A stretch of 63,301 nt of DNA, counting the filler, from Chiloscyllium plagiosum (lineage: Eukaryota): assembly GCF_004010195.1 (NCBI RefSeq). It is 4 parts of one record of this genome, joined end to end, with 100 filler letters (N's around TTAATTAATTAA, not from the genome) between each part and the next. Parts side by side here need not be neighbours in the genome. Positions count along the whole stretch, not along the records: positions 1 to 30,298 come from NC_057711.1; 3 more parts are not named here. One strand, 5' to 3'. Every line of letters begins with the position of its first letter. The stretch's first letter is position 1. The translations under genes and the position numbers were made by a program. Positions 11,216 through 23,762 of the stretch are shown here, piece after piece. The notes beneath the pieces are model-generated. The model saw only the letters and a program-made list of their open reading frames with translations. It was not told where the DNA came from and searched no databases.

Positions 11216-13252
11216 TTTTGAATTTTCCTAAATTTGAACAATCGTTCTGAAACCTAATGCCTTCTACCTGGAGCAAGGTGCAATCTCAAAGTAAAGGTAC
11301 AGGGCAGAAGAATGCATACACATGATGAGATATTTTGTTGTTGTTTGTATTTTGCACTATTTTTTTCGGTTGACTCTGGGACATGTTGAAGTTTGTGTAC
11401 TTTGCAGTTAAATCTTTAAAACTTTGCAGCCAACATGTTACAGATGGTTCATTTAAAAGTCCTCAGATTCTAATAGTTGCCATCACGTTACATTCTTTTT
11501 TTAGATGTAGGACTAGTGAAATAAAAATGTAGGTTCTTTTTGTAAAAATAAGATTAGATACAGATAATTTTCATTGGAAGCTAACCATAGCTCATTTGAC
11601 GACTTGACAAATCATGGGATAATGCATTTTATCCTATTGAAGTATAGAATGATTGACTACGGTTTAAAATAGGGTCCTTTAAAGCTTTATCAAACAAGTA
11701 GCAGACACTTTGCTCTACTGGGTGGCTCGAAACTTCTGTGATATGAGGTTTTCAAGATTTTTCACTATAACATATGCAGTTTCTAATTGTGAACATGCTT
11801 GTTTTCACCAGACAGCTTCTCAGCTCAGAATAATGTGATTTTCTGTCTGAGCAGCAATGTCAACATGACATTAAAGCAAGCTTTAATCAATTGCAGAAAT
11901 TCATATCTAGTCCAGATTGTCTTCGATTCTGATGAATACTGACATCGCGCCTGTGCAGAATTGCAGGACATTTGCACATTTTATATTTGGATAGAACATT
12001 GACAAATTGCAAAATTTTGATGTACAGAAAGCAGAAATTTTCATTATATTTATAACCAATTAATCAATCAAGCCTATTCACATTTTTATTCTTCAAAGAT
12101 AATTGATTACATTTTCTGAAAAAAAACTTATTAACTTGTTAACAAATGTAAAAGTACGTGTCATTAACTGTTAATTAAGTATTGTGGTAAACTATATTAA
12201 ACTAGTGTTAAACTATATTAAATCTAAATATTTGTTAGACTTGAGTAAAAGAAAAGCCAGAAAAGTGAAACAAAATCTGACAATAATGGGAAAAAATGCC
12301 AAATCTTCCAGTATTTGAAAAAAAATAAGTACTTACTATTCTGAGTTTTTACATGGAGTACTTTTTTTTATGTTGTTTTACAGTTTAAATATTAATCTTG
12401 TTTTTGATGCAACTTTAACCAGATTATATGTAGGAAATGACAGAAATTTAACAGAAAGGTCTGTTCAATGTAAATAAAGGTCTACTTGTGATGTGTATGC
12501 ATTACTTCTTTAAACTATTTCCTTTCAAACTGCTTGTAATGTTTGCAACTATTATTTCATAGGATATCATGAGATTTTTCAGGTTATTAAGCCCTGATAT
12601 TCTAGCTTGTAGTGAACAACTATTTTAAAATAGATTTTGAGGGGAAAACCTAACACAATGTGAATCATATCTAGAAGGAAGAAAATGTAATTCAATTGTT
12701 CACAACATTAGAACATAAAGACTGAGATGTGATTACCTCATTATCATTGATATCTCCAACCTGCTTTGTGTATCAGCCACATGGACTGCTGAAGGGTTGG
12801 TGCACAAACTGCCAGAGGCTTATAACATGAAACTGCTTATCAAATCTTAATTTTTACCTGAAAATAATTAATGTAAAAAGGGAAAGGTAATATCTCATGA
12901 TACCAAATAAAAAGCTATTGCAAAATTAGTTCTGAATCATTGGAAAAAAAATATAGTTCCATTATAAGTAACAAAAGTAACACTGTTTTTGTGGGTTCTT
13001 GCAATGAGTCATTTGGGGAATAAAAAGAAACCAATGCCCATTGATGATCTCATGCAATCATACTGAATGAATTATTCTCTGAGCAAAACAGATTTCTTCA
13101 TATAGCTTTTCAAAACTCAAGATCTACAAACGATGTTATTTTAAATGGGTAGATTATTTTCCACCGATCTATCTGTGACCTCATTTTGGGTAAATCTGCA
13201 GAAGTCCTGGACCTGATTGGAATCAACATCCTGACTGTTGATGATTGCTTGC

Positions 13253-13355
13253 TGATGAGTCCTGATGAAGAGCTTATGCTCAAAACGTCGACTCTCCTGC
13301 TCCTTGGATGCGGCCTGACTGGCTGTGCTTTGCCAGCACCACACTCTTCGACCCC
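13253..13355 (+). mobile_element. ~100-bp solo PLE terminus (hammerhead plus tail) with 10-bp TSD
   Basis: CTGATGA A GAGC TTAT GCTC AAAA CGTC at 13262; flanked by gattgcttgc at 13243-13252 and 13356-13365. Confidence 0.8.
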
Positions 13356-13724
13356 GATTGCTTGCACTCATCCAAGTTTCATGTCTCTTTACCTCCCCTC
13401 CTGTGATGTGGTGGCAGCCAGCCTTTCATCTCTAGGTCCCATATGAGCAGTAGGTTGTGCATTTGGTAAAACATTGAGTTTAAATTCATCCTAGACAATT
13501 GTGATGAAAGTTTCCCACACAGTAGTCCAATGTAAAATTAACTTTGCAGAAATTAACAAAGTGGTGTGTTCATTTCAACACTAAATGTCAGTACATTAGC
13601 AAAATCACTCAAGTATATGTGGGTGTAATAAAACTGTATTTCCATTCTTGATGCTAAGTTAGGTTGTCCAGGCTGAATAATGGAACACAGGGGCAGAGTT
13701 AAGTTCTGCAGTCTTTCGCTGTTG

Positions 13725-14580
13725 TCAGCTATTCAGACAGGCCATGGCTGCTCAATACCTCAACTCTATTTGCCCAGTTTTAACACCATTATAAAAAAAT
13801 CTAGAAATCTTCGTCTTGAAAATTTCAATTAATGCAATATCCAAAGCCTTTGATTGGGATGGTTGGGGGCAAATAATTTCATTTCATCTATCCTTTGGAT
13901 GAAAAGCTGCTTATTATTCTCCCTCTTCCACTCTATTTTTAAGGTTTTCCCTTTTGTTCCATTTTACTTGAATGGCAGAAATGCCTTCCCTGTTTCCACT
14001 CCATTGAATGCTTTTATCATTTTATGCAATTCAGACAGAACACCTGTCAACCATCTAAACTAAACACACGCCACATTAATGCAACCTTTCTTCATTTGAG
14101 CTACAGTAAGAACCTCTCTGAAGCAAGTATATTTTTCCTGAAATTTGCAACACAGTAGGCTCGATAAGATCGGACTAATGCTTAATGCAGTATTTCCTCA
14201 ATTTTGAACTCCACACCCTTCATGCTAAATGTCAAGCAATCCATTAGTATTGATTTCATGTTTTTTTGTACCTGAATGCTAGTTCTGTTTTCAATAATAA
14301 CAAAATTCAATAATTTCTGGAACTGGACATTGAGAATACTTTCCTCTTCTGCAGCTCCTAATATCACATTTAAGAAAATATTCCAATGCATCAATCTTGC
14401 ATTTGTAGTGGACTATGTCACATTTTTGCTCATAATTGTGTCAGCGTATTTATATTGTAATTTAGTCCTTCCAGCTACATAACTTCTGTTGTCGTAGAGT
14501 CGCTTGCAAGCTTGAATGTTTGCACTATTATTTGTACCTTTGTCTGAAACATTGTGTATGTTGAAAAGCTGACATCTGTG
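13725..14580 (-). mobile_element. Old degenerate CR1 3' fragment
   Basis: Similar to other minus-strand CR1 3' ends here; ORF 14182-14394 ends MKGVEFKIEEILH (CR1 RT C-terminal-like). Confidence 0.5.
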
Positions 14581-14594
14581 TCAAGAACCCCAAC

Positions 14595-15790
14595 ATAGAA
14601 ACTTAGAAAACCAGAGCAGGAGTAGGCCATTTGGCTCTCCAAACCTGTTCCACTATTCATTATGATCATGCCTAATCACCCAACTCAGTACATGGTACTA
14701 ATTTCTCCCTTTGATCCTTTTTACCCTAAGAATTATATCTAACTCTTTCTTGAAAACATTCAATGTTTTGACCTCAGGTGCTTTCTGTGACAGAGAATGC
14801 CTCAGGCTCACCACTCTCTAGGTGAAAAAAGTTCTCCTCATCTCAGTCCTAAATGGCCGACCACACATCCTTGAACTGTCACCCTGATTCTGGATGCCCT
14901 GGTTATTGGTAACATCTTTCCTGCATTTTTCATGCTTAGATATGTTAGAATTGTATAGTGTCTATGAGAAACCCTCTCCCCACCAATTCTTCTCAACTCT
15001 CGTCAATATAGACGTTGCTCATCCTGTCTCTCCTCATAGATCAGTTCTGCCATCCCAGTAATCAGTCTGGGAAACTTTTGTTCCACTTCCTCCCTAACCA
15101 GAACATCCTTCCTCAGATAAGCAGACCAATGCTGCATACAATATACCCAAGTGTGGTCTCAGCAAGGCTCTGTACAATTGCAGCAAGACATTCCTGCTCC
15201 TGGACTCAAATCCTCTTGATATTTGTCTTCTTCATTGCATCCTGCATCCACATGTTTACTTTTAGCGACTGGTTTATAAGGACACCGAGATCTCGTTGCA
15301 TCTTTTCCTTTCCCAATTTATCACCAGTTTGATAATAATCGCCTTTCAGTGTTTGTTACGAAAGCGGATATTCCCACATCTTACAATATTGCAATTCATT
15401 TTCCATGCATTTGCCCAATGACTCTGCCTGTCCAAATTCACACTGAAGCATCTCTACATCCTTCTCATAGTTCACCCTTCCCACTTAGCGTTGTGTTGTC
15501 TGTAAACCTGGAGGTATTACAATTAGTTTCCTCATCTAAATCATTAAATGTATTGTGAATTCTCCACACAATTAATCCCTGTGCTACCCCATGAGTCACT
15601 GCCTGCTATTTGGAAAAAGGCCCATTCATTCCTGGTCTTTGTTTCCTGTCTGCCAACCAATTCTCAATGCATGTCAGTACACTACCCCCAATGCCATGTG
15701 CTTTAGGCGTACCTGCTACTTTTTATATGGACCTTATTGAAAGCCTTCTGAAAGTTCAAGTAAACCAAATCTATTTCTTTCCACCTTATG
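14595..15790 (-). mobile_element. CR1 LINE RT/3' UTR fragment
   Basis: Starts with reversed tail catagaaacttagaaaaccagagcaggagtaggccatt; RT remnants including LDFQKAFNKVHIK near 15720-15765. Confidence 0.85.
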
Positions 15791-16569
15791 AACTTTAGAA
15801 GACTCCATGTTACAGTCTTTTGAGTCCATTCCCTTTATTTCTACTTGCTTGGCACAAAGTTCAGATCTGTCGTTTTCTTGGAACCAGTTGTTACGCTGAG
15901 ACATTGACAATAATGTCCACGGCTCACGTGCACATTTCTGATGGGAGTCGTGCTGGATGGCATATATCAGTATCTGCCAGGAAAATGCAGATAGATGTCA
16001 GTCAACCTCTATTAGCAAGATGTACCTCAGCTGCCATTTTCGAACATAATACTCCAACTAATACCCTCTCCTGTCATCATTTACTGTCAGACTATTTGTT
16101 GATTGATTTCGACTGTCTGTTACTATCATTGTATCAGTGTTTGTGCCTTTCAGCATTCTTTAATGTTATTAACTGCTGAAGGGAAGGATCTGGCAGGGAC
16201 CTAAAGACTTAGTTCGGCCTTCAAAGCATCTGCACAAAATGTCGTTCCAAGATGTTGATGCACTAGAGATGCTGAAGCATTTCTTTTTGGAATATGGCAT
16301 GATTTGTATAATAAATAGGTTGCAATCAGAGCTGGAAAAGCTGCTTAAAAAAAAGGAGGGACAGCCTATCAATCCAAAGGTGCAATTTGTTTATCTGAAC
16401 CTCAATCAGGAGCAATAAATGAACTTCTGTACTTTTGGAACAGGTGAAATATGCCAGCTGATGCAACCAAAATTAAACATCACAACAGGGAAAAGAATGC
16501 ATTGTCAGTAGCTGTGAGGATGACTATAATGATTTAATTATGAATATTTATGAATTATGAGAGCTGGAG

Positions 16570-19030
16570 GAGAGCTGGTTTTTCTGGGATTACGGGTTAT
16601 GCCATGTACAAGTTGACTGCACACCCGTGCAGTTGTAGGCACCACTTGTCAATTCTAAGATGTCGCCCAACAAAAAGGATTTCCGCTGCCTTCAGCTGGC
16701 TTTTGATCAGACACAGAATATCCCATGTCCATGCCTAGCACCCTGACAATAGTTATTATACTTTTACTTTGCTTGAATTTGCTGTGTCACCTGCACTTGA
16801 GGCATCATGACAAACCACAGTGTACCTACTGGATGGTGAGGGACATATTGTTATTTGGCTGTGGGACGTGAGTATCACTGGCAAAGTTGGCATTTGTTTC
16901 TTGGCTCTCAATTGTACTAGAGATGGTAATGGCAAGCTGTCTTTTTAATCCATCTGGTGTAGGTACACACAAAGTGCAGTTGGGAAGATGTCTTTGGAAG
17001 AGGGCTCATAACTCTAATGTACAGTTTACACACACCCAGGCAGCATTACATGCATTAGGCGTACATGCTAATTTTTATATGGACCTTATTGAAAGCCGCC
17101 TTGAAAGCATTGCTTTCACATGAAATGTTATTGAACAGGCATGCTGAAGCAACTATGCTTGGACCAGAGTACTTGGCAGAACAGGGGTCAACATTCATGT
17201 TTGTTTACTTGAATATTACAAAACCTTACTATCATGAGGACACTGCATTACCATCGGTAAATTACTGAGCAGGAGATAGGAAAGAAAGAGATTAAGTCTT
17301 ATAAACAATCTCTTTAATGACAGCTGTTTGTGGCAACAGTGCATTAGATTGAGTTACTAGTATCTGTAGTTCCAATTCCTTATTCATGAACAGCCCTAAC
17401 CTTACTTTCCCTCTGCCATTGATCATCATAGCATCTGCCTGACCACAGTGCAAACTTACAAGCCAACACGAAATAAAACTTCAAACTCATTTATAATTCC
17501 AACCAGGCCATTTTGTATACAAAAGTAAACTAATTACTGTCACGCAAAATTATTATGTCTACTTGCCATGAATGCTTGCTTTCCTACTACTCCTATGTTG
17601 TGCTACCCCAGCACTTGTAGCAGGTCCTTTGAGGAATTTCTTGAGGAGCTCTGAGCCGACTCCATCTCCAGACAGCATTATTGCATCACAAGACAGCAGC
17701 AGTCTGGCCTAGCTGACTGACCTGCAACAAAGATTGACTTGGTGGAAGTTATAGGAGGACAAATGATTATTCCTGAGAAAAGATAGCAACTTTGTGCTCC
17801 ATGTAATAATTACCAAACCCAAAGACATTGCCACAGCAACCATAGTAACTGCTGGGTGTCAAAATTCTTCGACAGTTGTGATAACCTACAAGACTTAGGG
17901 CAACTTGCAGTGCAATGGACATTGACCAGCATCAGATGTTGCATATCCCATTTGGGGTTACAAGTGTACTAATGGAGTTGGGCACCACTTCAAGACTGAG
18001 AAGGATGGACTGTCAGCTCTACATGGATCTATGTACAAAGCTAATGACAAACTATTTATTACTCTTTCACATTGTTTACAAACAAGCAGGCAGGCCTGTC
18101 AATGCTAGAAGTATTCCATTGTTCGTGCACATTTGCTTTTCATGATAGCCTGGCCTATTGAATTACTCATCTGAGTCCTCTGCAGAACCATGTGTGACTT
18201 CACCTTCCAGAAGGTTCACCTCTTCACTGTGACTCTTTCCTGTGGGTTACTTGTTACCAGTTTCTCAATACATGCCTGTGCTTTAAATTAGATGCAGTGT
18301 CAGTATCTGAGCTGATGGCTGCGGGTGTGAATTAAGTAGGAAGACTTCTTAGTCATAATTTGTGTGTTGCTGTTCCTCTTTTTGCTCTTTCCTGACTACC
18401 AAGACAGTTGGGTAACTAAAAGGAAACATGGAAGGAGGATAAAGTGAGGAGAGGAGAAAATCAGAAGTACGCTCATATCATCTATAGCTATCAAATCAGA
18501 AGAGATTACGAACTGAGAAGCAAGTGGAATATATAAAGGCTGTATATGAGTGTAATACCGAGTTAATGGTTCAAACGCATTTCTTGCCATGCCCTCTGTT
18601 GGATAGGGTTCAGCAACTTCTCCATGACAACAATGATGTGCAAGCATGCAACTATCCCCCTTCTGCTACTTGGGTTGTATTATCTTTTTCTGTTAGAGAG
18701 AGACAAAGCTGTCAATAATGTTGCGCAATGTGTTTGGATAATGTGACTGCCATGATTAGCTGTCAAGCTCAAAGATGTGAATAGTAGCCTTTCCACACGC
18801 TCCATTAATGTGTCCAAAGCAGCTTTTGGGAAACTTTGAGCTTGCTCCCTCTATATTGTATCATTTTTCAGTCGTTTTCCACAGGAGAGTGAATTGTACA
18901 AGAAATTCCACCGCCTGCTGTAGCTATCGTGGTCTTCTCCTTTGAAAGGCGCAGGTTAACTTTAACATTTGCTCACATTTCAAAACATTGGCTTTCAGGT
19001 AAAACATGCAGAAATTCAATACTGCAGTTA
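16570..19030 (-). mobile_element. Putative highly degenerate PIF/Harbinger remnant (boundaries uncertain)
   Basis: Reverse of ~18780-18855 reads REQAQSFPKAALDTLMERVERLLF, like the start of a Harbinger Myb/SANT protein; TIR-like gagctggttttt at ~16572. Confidence 0.3.
16855..16995 (-). mobile_element. 3' end of a second CR1/L2-class LINE family
   Basis: gtgggacgtgagtatcactggcaaagttggcattt...gagatggtaatggcaagctg; same tail at ~28080-28240, ~33185-33350 and (sense) ~43825-43865. Confidence 0.55.
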
Positions 19031-19191
19031 GTGCTAGCTGCATGTTACAATTGGCTTGTATCCTGCATCACACTATGTAGATTGTCCATGTTAGGATAAA
19101 TGTACAGTGGCTCAGTGGTTAGCGCCAGGGACCTGGGTTCGATTCCACCCTCAGGCAACTGTCTGTGTGGAGTCTGCATGTTCTCCCAGTG

Positions 19192-20636
19192 GTAAAAACA
19201 ATGACTGCAGATGCTGGAAACCAGATTCTGGATTAGTGGTGCTGGAAAAGCAAAGCAGTTCAGACAGCATCCGAGGAGCAGTAAAATCGACGTTTCAGGC
19301 AAAAGCCCTTCATCAGGAATACAGGCAGAGTGCCTGAAAGGTGGAGAGATAAATAAGAGGAGGGTGGGGCTGGGGAGAAAGTAGCATAGAGGTGAGGGAG
19401 CGGTGGTGAAGGAGGCCCAGGACCTCCATGTCCTTGGCAGAGTGGGAGGGGGAGTCGAAATGTTGAGCCACGGGGCTGTTTGGTTGATTGGTGCGGGTGT
19501 CTCGGAGATGTTCCCTAAAGCGCTCTGCTAGGAGGCGTCCAGTCTCCCCAATGTAGAGGAGACCGCATCGGGAGCTACGGATACAATAGATGATATTAGT
19601 GGATGTGCAGGTAAAACTTTGATGGATGTGGAAAGCTCCTTTGGGGCCTTGGATGGAGGTGAGGGAGGAGGTGTGGGCGCAGGTTTTACAGTTCCTGCGG
19701 TGGCAGGGGAAAGTGGCAGGATGGGAGGGTGGGTCGTAGGGGGGCGTGGACCTGACCAGGTAGTCACGGAGGGAACGATCTTTGCGATAGACGGAAAGGT
19801 GTGGGGAGGGAAATATATCCCTGGTGGTGGGGTCTGTTTGGGGGTGGGGGGAATGTCGGCGGATGATTTGGTTTATGCGAAGGTTGGTAGGGTGGAAGGT
19901 GGGCACCAGGGGCGTTCTGTCCTTGTTGCGGTTGGAGGGGTTGGGTCTGAGGATGGAGGTGCGGGATGTGGACGAGATGCGTTGGTGGGCATCTTTAACC
20001 ACGTGGGAAGGGAAATTGCGGTCTGTAAAGAAGGAGGCCATCTGGTGTGTTCTATGGTGGAACTGCTCCTCCTGGGAGCAGATACGGCGGAGGCGGAGGA
20101 ATTGGGAATACGGGACGGCATTTTTGCAAGAGTTAGGGTGGGAAGAGGTGTAATCCAGGTAGCTGTGGGAGTTGGTGGGTTTGTAGAAGATGTCAGTGTC
20201 AAGTCGGTCGTCACTGATGGAGATGGAGAGGTCCAGGAAGGGGAGCCAGGTGTCGGAGATGGTCCAGGTAAATTTAAGGTCAGGGTGGAATGTGTTTGTG
20301 AAATTGATGAATTGCTTATCCTCCTCGCGGGAGCACGAGGTGGCGCCAATGCAGTCATCAATGTAGCGAAGGAAGGGGTGGGGAGTGGTGCCGGTGTAAT
20401 TATGGAAGATCAACTGCTCTACGTAGCCAACAAAGAGACAGGCATAGCTGGGGCCCATACGTGTGCCCATGGCTACCCCTTTGGTCTGGAGGAAGTGGGA
20501 GGATTCGAAGGAGAAATTGTTAAGGGTGAGGACCAGTTCGGCCAAACGAATGAGAGTGTCGGTGGATGGGTACTGTTGGGAATGTCGGGAGAGGAAGAAA
20601 TGGAGGGCTTGGAGGCCCTGGTCATGGCGGATGCGG
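19192..20636 (-). mobile_element. Neptune-type PLE, 5'-truncated, open RT plus GIY-YIG frame, 14-bp TSD
   Basis: ORF 19313-20677: GVAMGTRMGPSYACLF, RYIDDC, FLDL, YKPT (PLE RT); CHRRNCKTCAH Cys linker; IIYCIR..RCGLLYIGETGR..AERFREH (GIY-YIG); TSD atgttctcccagtg at 19178-19191 and 20637-20650. Confidence 0.95.
19289..19316 (-). ncRNA. Minimal hammerhead ribozyme motif, intact core
   Basis: Reverse: CTGATGA A GGGC TTTT GCCT GAAA CG TC; canonical GUC cleavage triplet; palindromic ACGT. Confidence 0.8.
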
Positions 20637-21582
20637 ATGTTCTCCCAGTGTCTGCATGGGTTCCTCACACTTTCCAAAGATGTGCAAGTTAAGCAGATTG
20701 GTCATGCTAAATTGCACATAGTGTTCCGGGATGTGCAGTCTAGGTAGGTTAGCCAAGTGAAGTGTAGGGGGATGGGTCATGGTTGGATGCTGTTCGGTGT
20801 GGACTCATTAGGCCAAATGACATGTTTCCACACTGTTGGAATTCTATGATCATAAGGCCACCTTCAATTCTGTGTTCTCATTTTTTCTTAGAACTGCTAT
20901 GTGGAGCTTTCTTAACCATTATTTCTTAAACTTTCGAATCAGACATATGCCATTTGTTCCATTGTGTTTGCTCCACCATTTATTAAGATCATGGCTGTGA
21001 CTTAAATTCCACTGCCCAAATGTCCGTATATTCCTTAACTTCTGATCAATCAAAGATCTGTCTAATGCAGCCTTAAATAGATTAAATGAGTCAATCTGCA
21101 CAGTCCGATGGGGCCCAAAATCCAAACTCAAACAACTCTCTGTGAGGAAAAGAGTCCTCCTCACCTCTCTCGTAAGTAGGTGACCATTTATTTTTAAATA
21201 GCATTTTTGCCTTTCAGATCGCCCATGGAAAGAAACATTCACACAGCATCTACTCTGTGAAGCCCCACAGACTCTTTGGTGTTTCAATAAGGTCACCTCT
21301 CATTTTTCTCAACTCCAATGATTGTAGGTTTCACTTGATTAACCATTCGTCATAAGAAACATCCTTCACCCAGGAGTCAGCCCAGAGACTTACTCTGAAT
21401 GGCTTCCAATATGTCTCTCCTTAAGTATGTCAACAAAACTGTACACAGTACTCCAGTGTAGTTCCACAAATGCCCTGTACTTCCCTACTTTTATACACCA
21501 ATCCCTTGCAATATAGCCCAACATTCCATTTGCTTTCCTAACTACTTGCTGTGCCTGCATTTTGACACTTGGTGATCCATGC

Positions 21583-23762
21583 TGCAATGAAGATTTATAA
21601 TATGGTACAATTATTTGGGGACTTTATTCTAACGTAGAGGGAAATGGGTTTTTCATTTTAGTTCTACAGGTGACTTTTTTTAAAAGCAGTAATTTTGAAC
21701 AGTCTCAGCATTTCTAATGAAGCATATGACTTAAGTTAACTGAGTAGGTGCGTTACCTGTTGAGATAATTGCTGAAATGTTTACAAAGTTGAGCTGGTTT
21801 GACCTGCAGAAAGCGAGGTCAGGGCCACAAGCAGGTTAAGTTCAGAAAAATAATAGATTCACACAGTGGAAGGCCAGTTTTATTTTTGGCAGTCTCCAAG
21901 ATTTCGGATCTAAAAAAAAACATTTTAAGCTGTTTAAGCAGCTGATTAGATAACTTTGGAAAAATCTCTTCTTACAGTTCAGAAACATCAGCGAGTCAGC
22001 TTGTGTCTGTGCATCTGTTTGAGAGATGGGAAGAATTACATTAGTAGGGAGTCAAAAAGCAGATAACTATAGGTCGATTAGTCTAACATCTATTTTGGAA
22101 AATTATCGGAATCGATTGTTAAGGAGGTATTGGCAAATCACAATCGAATCAAGCAGAGTCAGCATGGCTTCTTGAAAGAGAAATTCTGTCTGAGTTTTAT
22201 CATTGTTTTTCTTATTCAAGGAAATCTCAACCAGAGTGGATAGAGTAGGTATGGTATATCTGGACTTTCAGAAGGCATTCAACAAGGTACCTCACAAAAG
22301 GCTAAGTCATCAGATAAGAGCCCATGGTGTTGGAGGTAGTATATTTGCATGGATAACAAATTTGTTTATGAGCAGGAAACAGTGAGTAGGGATAAGGGTC
22401 TTTTTAAGGCTGACAATCTGTGATTTGTGGGGTCCGACAGGGATCAGTGCTGGGATTGCAACTGTTTACAATAAAAATGAATGACTTGAAGAAAGGACGT
22501 AAATGTACTGTGTCCAAATTTGCAGATGATGCCAACATAGGTAGAAAGGCAGGTTGTGAGAGGAGTGCATAAAGTTTACAGGGAGATATTAATAGGTTGA
22601 ATAAGTGGGGAAAAAAAGTTGATAAATGGTGTGTAATGTAGAAAAATGTGCAGTTTTTCATTTTGGAAGCAGAATAAAAGAACAGAGTACGACTTAAGAG
22701 GAATTGCAGAAAGCTGCAACGCCAAGGGGCTTGGGGTTAGTTGTGCACAAAACACAGGAAGCTAACACACAGGAACAGCAGATAATCAGGAAGGCTAACG
22801 AAATGTTGGCTTGCATTTCAAGGAGGTTGGAGTATAAGAGTGGGGAAGTCTTACTGTAAGTGTTCAAGGTGCTGGTGGGACTGCATCTGGAGTACTGTAA
22901 GCAGTTTTGGTCCATTTATTTAGGGAAAAATATTACTTCATTGGAGGGAGTTCAGAGAAGGTTCACTAGGATTATCCCTGGTGCAGAGAGACTGCCTTAT
23001 GTGCAAAGGCTGAACAGTCTGGGACTCTACTCATTGGAGTTTAGAAGAATGAGAGATGATTTCATTGAAACAAGTTTCTTACAGGACTTGACTGGTTAAA
23101 TGCTGACAAAAAGTTTTCCCTCATGATAAAATGTAGGACCAGAGGACATTGTGTCAGAATAAAGGGATACCAATTTAAGACTGAGATGTGGAAGAATTTC
23201 TTCTCTCAGAGGGTTGTGAGTCTTTAGAGCTCATTGTCAGAGATAGCTATGGAGGTAGAGTTCTGATGTACATTTACGGTTGAATTAGATAGATTTTTGA
23301 TCAGTAGGTGAATCGAGGGTCATGGGAGAAGGGTGAGAAAGTGGTTATGGGGAATCTTGGATCCATTATGATCCCCTTGAATGGTGGAGCAAGCTCGGAG
23401 GTTGCATTTCTAATGGTCTTATGGTAAATATGCAAAAAAGGCCATAAAAATTACTCATAACCTCATCATTTAAGAAATGTTAAAGTGAAGATAGGAGTAT
23501 TACGTAACTGGGGTTGATTGTAAATAATATTTCTTTGTGCTGCTCATGATAATATCTTCCAAATTTACTTAGATTTTTTTTTCTTTTGTGTAATAAACTT
23601 ATACTGTTTTTAAAAACAATTACATTAACAATTTTGTGTGAATATGTTCAGTGACTGATTACATGGTAACCAAATTGCAAAAATAAAAATTGTGGTCAAT
23701 CAAGCCACGGCTCAGTCTTCAATCTGATTTAGCTTGAATTGCCACCAGCTGAGATCATTACA
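21583..23762 (+). mobile_element. Solo LTR interrupted by a CR1 copy
   Basis: Ends TGCAATGA...TCATTACA (imperfect inverted, TG...CA); AATAAA at 23592; no ORF; TSD unclear. Confidence 0.5.
22045..23425 (+). mobile_element. CR1 LINE RT/3' UTR fragment
   Basis: NYRSISL, VYLDFQKAFNKVPHKRL, G.RQGSVLG, KFADDA, LEYCKQFWS, LEGVQRRFTR. Confidence 0.9.

Larger units (their letters stand above)
8709..12500 (+). other. Candidate terminal exon and long 3' UTR of an unidentified host gene
   Basis: Strong acceptor ttcttcaactcttgtattcttcttttag (AG 8707-8708), then short frames ending YEHTNWN* (stop 8731-8733) or MNIPIGISEVIMKVVYVKLR*; repeat-poor AT/GT-rich sequence with AATAAA at 9015 and 12473; no upstream exon seen. 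Confidence 0.3.
19103..20850 (+). mobile_element. HE1-type V-SINE split by a PLE insertion (19103-19191 and 20637-20850)
   Basis: Head gtggctcagtggttagcgccagggacctgggttcgattcc; resumes ttctcccagtgtctgcatgggttcc...tttccacactgt...ctatgat. Confidence 0.85.

Noticed and set aside
19619..20692. 357-aa Gly/Val-rich + strand ORF
   Set aside because: Antisense shadow of the PLE RT frame
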